Positions 12,085-22,700 of a stretch of 43,489 nt of DNA are shown here, one piece after another. This stretch comes from Fistulifera solaris (lineage: Eukaryota). Under the pieces are notes generated by a model. The model did not search any database, was not told where the DNA came from, and saw only the letters and a program-made list of their open reading frames with translations. The position numbers and the translations under genes are program-made. The stretch is from assembly GCA_030295235.1 (NCBI GenBank), contig AP026158.1, forward strand, positions 434,001 to 477,489, read 5' to 3'. Numbering within the stretch: the first letter of the stretch is position 1; every line of letters starts with the position of its first letter.

Positions 12085-12435
12085 TCTTTTTTGCGACTGG
12101 TACGAAATATCGCTTGCCCTTCTCTCTCGCTTTGAAGCATAAATGATACATCTCGAGAGATTGAGCGCAGAGAGCAGTCATCATAATCATCGATCGACGA
12201 TCGCTCATTCTCAAAGGTTAATTCTGACCAATTCCGCCGGTATTACCTTCCGGAACAATAAGTATTTAGGGACCTTTTGGTTCTTCAAGTGATCGGCGAC
12301 TTGCGTGTTTTCGAGTGGTCAACAGCTGGAGTTGCGGGTCTGAAGCAATGAAGATGACGTCACGTTCGTGTCGACAACGAACCATACATGTTACATTCGA
12401 CATTCCCTTGGTTAAGTATTTCATCTCTCTGGGTG

Positions 12436-14301
12436 TTAAAGCAAAAGACTAGACTCTTCCACTAGGTCCTCGGATGATGATTCGTTGACTTCCTCGGACA
12501 AATCATGCGAGGCATTTGCTTCCTCCTAACCAGACGTGAAGCGAGTAAGTGAAAAGCGGCACTCATGGTATCGCCTTAAAGTCTCTTTGTCAAGTACGTA
12601 CCGGAAGCTGCGATGCACAATAGACAGCAACGACATAAAAGAGGGAAGAAAATAGAAACATAGTCCCCGGCCCCCAAACTATACTCGTCCCGTCTTGACT
12701 CAATCCGTATATTTGACGCATTACCGTCGGCCCCAAACCAGATGCGATTGCCTGAACCGAATACAAAGCTCCTTGGATACGACCCTGCTCTGCATCTTTT
12801 ACGTTATTCGCTTTGATCGCGCTGATAGTAGGAAAAGCCATCGATACACCCGATCCGATAGCAATGGCAACAAAAATGGTCGCTTTGTTCCTGGCCAGTC
12901 CGTACAATAAGTTATGAATAGTTCCCAGCGCAAAACTGATCATTATGGTGTTCCGTTCCCCAGCTTTTTCAATAACTGTCTTTAAGCCAACACTTTGTAC
13001 GAAAATTCCCAAGACACCCATGATCAAGAACAGATTGGCAATGTCTTTATCGTTGAATGATAGCTAGTCCACGGAAATGAAAGAGATCTCATTAGATGTA
13101 CCGAGTCTCCCAACACTTTAGCAACAAACTATGTCTTCCGTTTCCACTTACGCGTTCTTGAATATAATACAGCAAAGAGTTTGATCACCAGCTGCCACCA
13201 TGCCGCTGAAGAAAGCTAACGACGACAATAGTCGAAAGAGAGAATTCCGATTCAAAATACTAAGTTCCCATAGAGGTCGATACCACCATGTCATGGGTCG
13301 CTCTGCTCGTTGCAACAGCGCTTGCGCTTTGGCGTCTTCGGATATCGTTTCGGGCAGGAAGAACACCACGACACTCAATCCCCCCAACAATGTTACCAGC
13401 GACCATACCGAAACGTAAAAATGTCCAAACCATAAGGAAAATCGCGGCGCAAGCGCGAATCCGCAAGAGAACCCCGCCAACAAAACTCCAAAGCTCGGTG
13501 CGCGCCACTGCGGGGGCAAGACGTCCGCCAAGGATGAAAGGGCGACCGCGAACCAATTGACTTGGATCGCTCCGGCTGCATAGTAATAAAAAAGGCGACA
13601 TGTTTTCGTGTAATTGAATCAATACCAAAATAGTGGGAGAAAGACACGACAGAAGGAGCCCCGCTACTAATATAGCTGTATTGATAGGCACAAGTAGTGA
13701 GACGAAACGGAACAGAGCGCTTGATTGCACTAAAGTCTTTCGGACTCACGTTTCCTTCCGTATTCATCACTGAAAGATCCTATCAGCGAGGAAGTAAAGA
13801 AGGTCAAAGCATTCGAAATCAAACGTTCGTTTGCCACAGCTTGTTGGGCGTCGGCCGATGCAGCAAAGCATGCTGGTGGCTTATCATTCGCCCGAAAAGA
13901 ACTGCAAGTCACATTCCGCGGAAGATCATGAAACAAATGAGCATAGCGATCCGTCATCACCGAGGGAACCTTCATAAAAGCAAAAGATAATGTGAGAATG
14001 AACCAACAATGCCGTTTCAAGCGCAAGCTAAGAAATAATATACGTACAACACCAATCACTGAACCCAATCCGAGCGCAAGTAATGTAATCAAAAGAACAA
14101 TCTGCGGACCGGCTCGACTTTCCCGAAACACCTGAAAAAGGAAGGCTTGTCGTCGCCGCTGCACTCGCTGTCGTTTCGTTCGATGAGAGGCATATGAATG
14201 TGATCCGCACCGGCGCTTCCACTTCGTAATGTTTCGTCGTAATAAAGCTGAAGCTGCCTTTGATGTTGCTGGCGTTGTGGAGAATCATCTTCCGGGGGCA
14301 T
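12436..14301 (-). CDS. MFS transporter, TetA/HIAT1(MFSD14)-like, copy B (three apparent homopolymer frameshifts)
   Basis: ATG at 14301, stop at 12436-12438. GSFSDEYGRK, LADVLPPQWRAPSFG, EQGRIQGALYSVQAIASGLGP. Frameshifts near 14137, 13590 and 13175; extra intron 13151-13064. Confidence 0.85.
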
Positions 14302-15284
14302 TTTCAAATAAATGGAAATTGTGGCGACAAAATTGCTATGAAGCGCCAATTATGAATCAAATGATTAATGCGTGAGTCAAAAATTTGAGAACCCTCTTAA
14401 TAGGTGCAAGGGTAATAGGATCATCAAAGAAGGTAAAAGAAAATGGAAAGCAGAGCACTCTCATTCTTTCTCGCTCAAAACCCAGCAATGCGACAACACG
14501 TCTTCTCCCTTTTTTCGGAGTGATGTGGTGGGTCGCGGAACATAAACCAATCACTATCTTGTAAGCAGTACTCGACTCAAATCCAACGCAAAGCAAATTC
14601 AGTCCTGTGAATTTGCCTCTCGTTCTTTGAATAATCTGCCCTAAGGTTTCTTTCACATTTATCCATAAGATCACTCGAAATAATGGTTTTGATTCTATTG
14701 CTGTCAATGTGTTTTTGGCCGCTGCCAAGTGCCTCTGTAGGCATAACGTTAAAATACACTATGCCAATTAGTGCTGGCGACCTTTTCTCCGACTGAACTT
14801 CACTGCAGTCCCGCCTGCTTCCAAACCATTTTCATATAAAGATGAAAGCTAGGTGCTTTGCTTGATCTTTGCTCTTCTTGCTCTTTCCCAAGCTCAGACT
14901 ATTCTCTGGACACCTGCGGCAATCACATGACTGAATAAAGAAGGTCAAATGGAAGAGAAATTCTTGACAAAGCGACGATCCATGGCACAACACCAAATTA
15001 AGCTTGAGTACCGGACCGACACTTCGAAAGAAAAAACACAATCAAATAAATAAGGTTTACCGAATACAAGTAGAAGACTACTCCGTACTTAATAGACAAT
15101 ATAGCTTTGTAATGAATATATAGATATGAATACTGCATAAAATCGCCAGGCGTCCTCTTCGTTTCAACAAAATCAAAACGTTTGCCGTCGATCTGTTTGA
15201 CATGAAATGAGGCGGCTCTACCTTAGCATTGCTGAGTATAATCATTTCATAGCAAATTATTGAATGTAAAAGAAGGTACAGAAT

Positions 15285-16940
15285 ATGTTATCACCTTCTC
15301 CTGATTTCGCACCATCCCATGATGTTCGCAGTTCCGTATCCGGTCTAGCGCCAATCGGTAATATGTTCAGCCCGATTCCGTGCAGTGTCGCCCAAAGCAA
15401 AGAGCTACAAACTCCCCGACAATCTCCTTTCAGCAGAACAGATCAACGATATACGCTGCAGGGAAAAACATTTGACAATTTTCCGGAGTTGAGTTGCGAG
15501 TCGAAATTGGATCGTGTTATTGTCGAAACGGTCGATGACGATAGTGATGGGTCTGTTGACTGTTGTGTAGCAAATCTCGCTGAGCCCGTAAGCGAAGATA
15601 AAATATCAGAAGACTCTCAACATGACGCAACAGTAAATTCTCCGCGAGTACATCCTAATCTCGGTAACGACCAACGGAATCCTCTGGCTCCTACAACCAC
15701 GGATGAAAACCATGATATACGTGAGAAGCCGTCCGCTGAGATCAATTTTGTTGCTTTCAACAGCTATGCTGCGAGAAGTACCATGGGAATTCCAGTCAAT
15801 CTGACGGACAAAGAAGAGGGTTTAGCAGGTGAAGTCGAGGAGGAAAGCTTATACGTTAAAGGCGGCATCGACGTGAGCACCGAATGCCAGGAAGAGGTGT
15901 CAACTTCGGTCGATCATAAAAAAATAAATGATTCCTTCGAGCGCGAAGGCTTGCATGGGGATATTACAAAGAATGACGACGTTGAATGTCAAAATGTTCG
16001 ACTGAATCACCTCGATGGAGTTCAACTGAACGACTCCTTTGCTTCGACCGGATCGAATCGCGAAGAAGAGATCCAGCAAGCTCAGTACGTTTTGGGGGCT
16101 ACCAGTATGGCTTTCATGGATCGACTCCGAGGAGCTTCGCTTCGTCGTAAATTGAATTTAGCTCGTAATCGCGATTCGCTTGTCAACAAGGAAAAGGCAC
16201 AGAGAGAAGCCATCGCGGCCTCTGAGGCAGCCAAGACATCCCTGGAGAGTCGGCGAGAGATCAGTACAAACCACGAAGCCACCAAAGAGCCAACCGATAG
16301 CAACCAGTTCAAAGCCAGACCGTTGTCGAAAGCCATTCTGAAAAGCGGGGGGATAAGTGGAGTGCGCTTTGTCGAAAAGCGACCTGTGACGACGCCTTGT
16401 TCGCCACTACTGGGCCCACGTCGGGAGAATAGGCAAAGTTTGGAACCAAAATCGTCTGAGAATAGTGATGGCAACCATGAAGCTGACTTTTGTGTGTTCA
16501 AAGCTCGTCCTTGGCCACGAAGAAAGATAGAACACGCTGGCACCTACGGAGTTCCCAAAGTCGAGAAGCGGCCTACAACGATTCCTGAATCGCCTTTACT
16601 GGGACATCGAAGACGGAAAGCGGAATCAAAGCTTTTTTCAAAGAGTGTGAATAAGATTCTTCAACTCGATCTTAGGACACCGTCTTTGCCTCCGAAATTA
16701 GTGAATAGACCCTTTTCTACGGCCAACAAGGAGAATGCTGAGTCGTCTACGAGAGGTATTCCTGACACACATATTGAAGCCTATGTCCCTCACAGCACAC
16801 TTCGCGCTTCCCAGCGGGCCGAGTACGATACACAACGATGCGAGCGAGAGCAAAGGAGACGCGCCCGCACACGTCAGGAGAGTTTAGCCCAAGTCAAAGC
16901 CTTGCGAGAAGAGATGAATGTATTGCTTAGCAAATTGTGA
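15285..16940 (+). CDS. TPX2-like microtubule-associated protein (putative)
   Basis: 551 aa ORF with an acidic disordered N-half, two FKARP...VEKRP.T.P.SPLLG.RR repeats, and a C-terminal RASQRAEYD + coiled coil resembling the TPX2 C-terminal domain. Confidence 0.65.
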   Translation: MLSPSPDFAPSHDVRSSVSGLAPIGNMFSPIPCSVAQSKELQTPRQSPFSRTDQRYTLQGKTFDNFPELSCESKLDRVIVETVDDDSDGSVDCCVANLAEPVSEDKISEDSQHDATVNSPRVHPNLGNDQRNPLAPTTTDENHDIREKPSAEINFVAFNSYAARSTMGIPVNLTDKEEGLAGEVEEESLYVKGGIDVSTECQEEVSTSVDHKKINDSFEREGLHGDITKNDDVECQNVRLNHLDGVQLNDSFASTGSNREEEIQQAQYVLGATSMAFMDRLRGASLRRKLNLARNRDSLVNKEKAQREAIAASEAAKTSLESRREISTNHEATKEPTDSNQFKARPLSKAILKSGGISGVRFVEKRPVTTPCSPLLGPRRENRQSLEPKSSENSDGNHEADFCVFKARPWPRRKIEHAGTYGVPKVEKRPTTIPESPLLGHRRRKAESKLFSKSVNKILQLDLRTPSLPPKLVNRPFSTANKENAESSTRGIPDTHIEAYVPHSTLRASQRAEYDTQRCEREQRRRARTRQESLAQVKALREEMNVLLSKL

Positions 16941-17628
16941 GATCTTATAGTAAATTAGTGTTGCCGATAGCATCCCCTTTCAAGTTATTTTTCATTTGAA
17001 AAATTCGAAGGAGATGATAATGTTTACTCCGTGTCATTTATCGTAGACCTTGTAAAAGAAGATGGTTAGCTCTATCACATCAATTACAATGGATTTAATA
17101 AATAGCCTCCTGATTAGGAATTCGGGTTCGTCACGGAATGTAGAGAACATAGGTCGAGGTACATAAATACGGAAACCTTATAGAAACGGTAGCGTTTCGA
17201 TTCTGGAAGTCTCCGCTTCGCCGCATGTTCACAGTACCTGGTATCCATTTTCTTTGAAACTGAGTGGAAACAGAAGCTATTCTTGGACTGTAGCTTTTTC
17301 AGTGCTCGAGAGGCATTAGCTTGAACTTCAATGTGCCATCGTATGGAATTATGGAATCCAACCATGGCAATAGTGGAAAAACGACAACGACAGCAGCTTT
17401 CTTCCACGAAGTTACCGAACTATAAATGGGTTATACCGTAAAAACGTACCAGTAAACCCACAGCTGTCGCCCGCGAAGAATGCGCACGTAACACACACGT
17501 AAGATAAGTCTCTCGGCGCTGTGCACGGAACACGGAACGCTCTTTCAAAACGTTTCCTCTCATCGCTGCAATACAACATGCGTCGTTTCTGGCCCTTTCG
17601 TATCCTTCTCTCTGCTCTTGAAATAACA

Positions 17629-19732
17629 ATGAATGAAACCAACAACATGAATAACTCTGAGGATGATGTAAAGATGACTAGCACTCGCAATGACGAATTT
17701 CGTCAACGCAATTACACTCGACAAGATCTTTATCCGTTCAATTTGCTGCAACAAGCCATTTGGGTGTTTGATGTCGAACGAAAAAGCATGTGGTGGGCGA
17801 ATGCCGCATCCATACAAATGTGGAATGCGTCTTCATTAGAAAAACTGCTCGAACGAGATTGTGCGACAGATATGAGTGAAGCTACGGAACGACAAATCAA
17901 TAGTTATCTAGAAGGATTTCGTCGAGGTGAATCCTTTACAGAACTGGTACGTCTTCTTTCTTTTGTAGAGGAGTCAATTTTGTCGTGGCACTCGACGTTT
18001 CTCACAAGCACGCGATGTTCTCTTTTAGTATACATTTTATCCTTTGGGAAAGCCGGTCACCGGAATTGTGCGAGTATCCGGAATAATAGCCGACGGACGT
18101 TTGATGATGATGAATGAATTCGAGCCGATTGAGAAAATAGAAAAAGAACAAAAGAATGCGAGAAGAACCGAAATATTAAAACATATACCCATTGCTATAT
18201 GGCAATTTGAAAGTAATGGGAACATGATGGAACAGAACCCAGAGTCATTTAAGGCTTTTGGTGGATCGACAATTGTCGGACCGTCCTTTCTCGATCGATT
18301 CATCGATCGCGAAGTAGGGCAACATACGCTCACACACATTTTGAATCAGCAAAGCTATTGCGTCGAAGCGTGTCTGCAAACATTAAAAGGACCGAGATGG
18401 TTTTCGATTGAAGGTAGAATACATCGAGATCCGATTACAGCCAGTAATGTCATCCTGTGCTCGGCTCGAGATACCACAGAAGTAAGACAGGCGCGGATTG
18501 AAGCCGAGCAAGCGGATTTAGAAAAGTCGGAGTTTTTGGCCGTCATGGCACATGAACTACGGACTCCGTTGCATCAAGTGATCGGTTATACGGAACTTTT
18601 ACAAGATACGCAACTGTCGCCACGACAGGATGAGTACGTGCGCACGCTGGATGCTTCGGCCAAGTCGCTGATGACAATTATTAATGATTTGCTAGATTAC
18701 AGTAAGTTGGAAGCTGGGAAAATGAAATTTGAAACAATACCTTTCGATCCGCGGCACGTGGTTGGTGGTACTTTGGCGGCGATTGCCGATTCGGCCGAAC
18801 GCAAAGGATTGAAACTGGAAAGCTCCTTCTGTGACGACTTGCCTGTTTCAGTGGCAGGCGATCCCACGCGTGTTCGACAAATTTTGCTCAATCTTGCTCA
18901 TAATGCTGTCAAGTTCACTGCTCGAGGGAGTATTCAAATAGCCGTACGAAAATCAGTAACGTCGGAAATTCGACATGACGGCAAATCATGTCTCCGGTTT
19001 GAGGTAATAGACACTGGAATAGGACTGAGCGATGATTCAATGCGGAAACTTTTTACTAAATACCAGCAAGCCAACCCAGCGATTGCTCGCAACTTTGGAG
19101 GCACTGGGCTGGGACTGTCTATATGTAAGCTCTTGGTCAACGCAATAGGCGGGCACATTGGTGTCGAAAGTCAGACAGGTCAGGGCAGTACATTTTGGTT
19201 TGAGCTTCCCTTTGCGATCAACGACGCCAACGGCAATTTTAAGCCGCCGGTGACAAATCAATCAAAACCAGTTGATAAAAAGCCGGCCAAATTAAAGACT
19301 CACACAGGTCCTTCTCTCAAAGTGCTTGTTGCCGAAGATAATCTAGTGAACCAGAAACTGGCCAAGTCTCTCTTGCTTCGTTTGGGGCACGAAGTTTTTC
19401 TCGTCGAAAACGGCTATGATGCCACACTAGAAGTGGATAGAAGGAAGTATGATTTGGTTTTGATGGACGTGCAAATGCCAGTCATGGGAGGAATGGAGGC
19501 TACGGCTTTAATTCGACAAAAGTATCCACGCTCGGAGTTGCCGATTGTAGGGTTGACAGCCGATTTTCGGAAAGCGGAACTTCAAAAGTACCTTGATGCA
19601 GGAATGAACTATTGCGTTGGCAAGCCCATTCGGCTGAATGAACTGATGAGTACCATTTATAAAACTGTTCATGCGAATTCGAGCAATGTGACAGACGAGA
19701 GCGTACGGTCTTTTATGCGACCTTGCGCGTGA
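17629..19732 (+). CDS. Hybrid sensor histidine kinase (PAS-like sensors, HisKA, HATPase_c, receiver)
   Basis: Exons 17629-17946 and 18029-19732, intron GTACGT..TTAG. H-box FLAVMAHELRTPL, N-box QILLNLAHNAVKFT, G1 DTGIG, G2 GGTGLGLSIC, receiver VAEDN...LMDVQMPVMGG...KP. Confidence 0.95.
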
Positions 19733-19792
19733 TGCCTGAGCGGTTCGTAAAATCTGTATTTTTAGTTTATTATACTAGATCTAGATAAAGAG

Positions 19793-22700
19793 TTACTTCC
19801 GTCGGCGCGGACGCAAAATATCAAGTTCTTGGCAAAGTGACATGAATATATCTTTTAGCATGTCTTTCATTTGCCTGCGTAATGAGAAAAAGTAAGAGTT
19901 TTGCTTTTATTATCAAAAACTTAGCCTTTCAAACGTACCTAGCTTTGTTCGCATATTCCGGCAATTGCTCCTGATTGAACAAAATGCAATTGTTGAATAC
20001 CAACATCAAGTCTCGCTGCAAATCCTGTATGGAACGGTAGCGAGGAAGGCGCTCTTCTTCAATCGTCCGAAAGTCCATTGGTTCCTTGATCACGCTTTGG
20101 TAGCTGTCCGCAATGTCCGGATACTGTTCTACCACCGGTTCTTCAAACAGTTTCTCCTCGTCGAAGACTCGCTATAAGTTTGACAAAAAAATTAGCTAAA
20201 CCCGATCACCGAACATGTAAACGAAATCTTTGCTTACCAAACGTTCCAGAATACCAAGGGACACCTGCGAGATACATTTCAAATCAATCTCAGGCCATGG
20301 ATCTGCGACTGAATTTGTTTGCTTGGTGTTCACATTTTTACCCAGATTTTTTATGATTCTTCGCGCTTTCTTTGGTGGTGGTGGTGTTTCCTCGTCCGAC
20401 GTGTCGTCCCCTCGTCTTGACTTCTTTGAAGGACGTTTTCTCTCTTCGCTGCCAGGGCTTTCCTCGACAGTGTACCGATCTTTAGATCGTGTGGATCTTC
20501 GTGTACTAGCTACTTCTTCAACCGCCTCACTTTTTCGTAGAGTTGCCTTCCTCACCACCTTGCGCGTTTTTAAACCAAATTCTGAACCGTCAGATCCCTC
20601 GCTTCCACTCTCATACGATTTAGCTGCTCGAGCTAGATTAGAGTTTTTACGACTTGGCCTCATGACCGAGTTCGACTCGTCCGACTCGTTGTCAGTGTCT
20701 TCTTCGACTTCGCTGTCTTGTGCATCGTCATCAACAAAATCTTCTTCATCGGAAGAATCTTTTGCTTTCCTTTTGCGTCCACTTGCTCGAGCGCTGCTAT
20801 GTGCTTTGCTTTGTGAAGAATCCGAGTCGTCGCTAGCATGTCCTCCATGAGCTTTAAAAGCATTGCCTGGATCTGCCCCATCGTTTCCGCCATGATGTGA
20901 ACCGATTGACGATCGTAGAGGGCGCCGGGTATTTCTAGTTTGCGACGTAAGTTCCTGCGCGTCTACATCGCCATTTCGGGACAAAGCTCGTCTCGCGAGG
21001 CGCGCCGAACGAGTGCTGCTTTGACCGTCTTCATGGGAAACGTCGCTAATCCTCACTCTTTGCTCCGACCGCGAGGAGTGCGGTCGTGCGACACGTGAAC
21101 TGGAAAAGTTAGTCGATGCATCGTGGTCGCTGATATCTATATCTGAAGGCTGTTCAGCGTACGAGACATGACCATCTCTAGACCGTGTTGATCGATGGCT
21201 ACTACCAACAGCTTCAGAAGCGTTTGATTGCCTCCTTTGTCTCTCAACGCGAGCACTACTACTACGCTGGGCGTCTCGGTTTCGGCGTACATTGGATGGA
21301 ATGGCATTTTCATCGTTATCACTGAGGTCTATATCGGAGGGCTGATCTGCGTATGATAGTTGTCTGCGGCCTGGCCTGCCAAAACGACCGTGCTGGCTAT
21401 TGGGTTGCGCTCTCGCCCTCGACTGCCGCGTTGGAATTCCATTTCTGTCTGGTTGATGCTGGATCGCCTCTAAAACGCGCCGTGATTGCCTCATCGGTTG
21501 ACTGGAAGCTCGCAACGTTCTATGAGTGCCCCCGCGATTTTGAGCGCGCCCCCCTCTTCTTGCCAATCCACTCGCCAAATCTTCTAGAGTTCTCTGTGTG
21601 TCTCCTGTTCTAATTCTAATCCTTCTTGACTGTCGACGATTAGTGCCACCATCTAATAGACTATCGGAAACTCCATTTTGATTACTGGCAGTCCGTGCGT
21701 GTCGAGGTGGAGGAAGGGCTTCCAAGGACGTTGAACGGGATCGCTGCCTGGAAGAAGCGCGTCGAACAGGAGCTGTTCGGAGAGAGGCTGCCTCCCCCTG
21801 AGGTAGCTAACCCTCTAGCGGTACGACGGGCGTCAGTGACTGCAAGCGTCGCTGTTTCAGCAATAGGTTCTCCAGCAGCAGGCGGAATGTTTGGGATCTC
21901 AGCCTGAAATGTGCGATAGGCTTCCAACTCACTGGATGGAAGAAGCATTTCTTCAAATTGCGATAACATTTTCCTTGCTGCGTCGGACAAATCATGAACC
22001 TCTCCGTTATATTTGATGCAGTTTTCTTTGATTAATTTGACATCTGCAACCACACTAAAGAGGGAACAGTAGTAGTTTGACTCGAGTCTCTCTAGCATGA
22101 AATTCAAGCACATGGGAACCTCAACTCGAGACTGATAGTCAGAAAACTGATGCTCGTTTACAGGGTCTGCAAAAGCTGGCCCCATTTCCATATCTTTGAC
22201 AGTGCCAATAGCATCGCGGACCTTCTTCTTTTCCATTTCCGTCAACGCTGGACGGTCCGGAGATAGCGTCGAGTCGTCGCAAAGACTAAGCTCCCAAGGG
22301 CTAACATTCTCTCTTTCACCGGTATTCCATAAAATCGACACAGATCGATAGCCGCTACCTTCTATTTGGAGTTCACCGTCATCATCGCTTTCTGTTACCG
22401 CGACGATGCGACCCGGAAAAGGTGTCCACTCTGAATCATCGCGCCTACTTTCGTCCTTGTAGTAGACTTCGATTTCAATGTTTTCCCTACCCGACGCAAT
22501 TGCTTCTTCCAAACGCGCCAATCGCGACTGAAAGAGCCCTGAGGGATAAATGTAATCAGCCTCCGAATTTTCGAACAAGTTCAGCTAAATTGATAGGCGC
22601 CGGTTAGACAAAGAAAGCTCGACCAATTCCAATCTTATTAACATACCTCAAACAAATGCGATTGCTCAGGTTGCGCAAACTCTGGGCTCGGCCAACGAAA

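Noticed and set aside
20230..20850. Long antisense ORFs (e.g. 20230-20850, 16082-16543, 39018-39596, 25419-25901)
   Set aside because: Shadow ORFs opposite well-supported genes with low-complexity codon usage.
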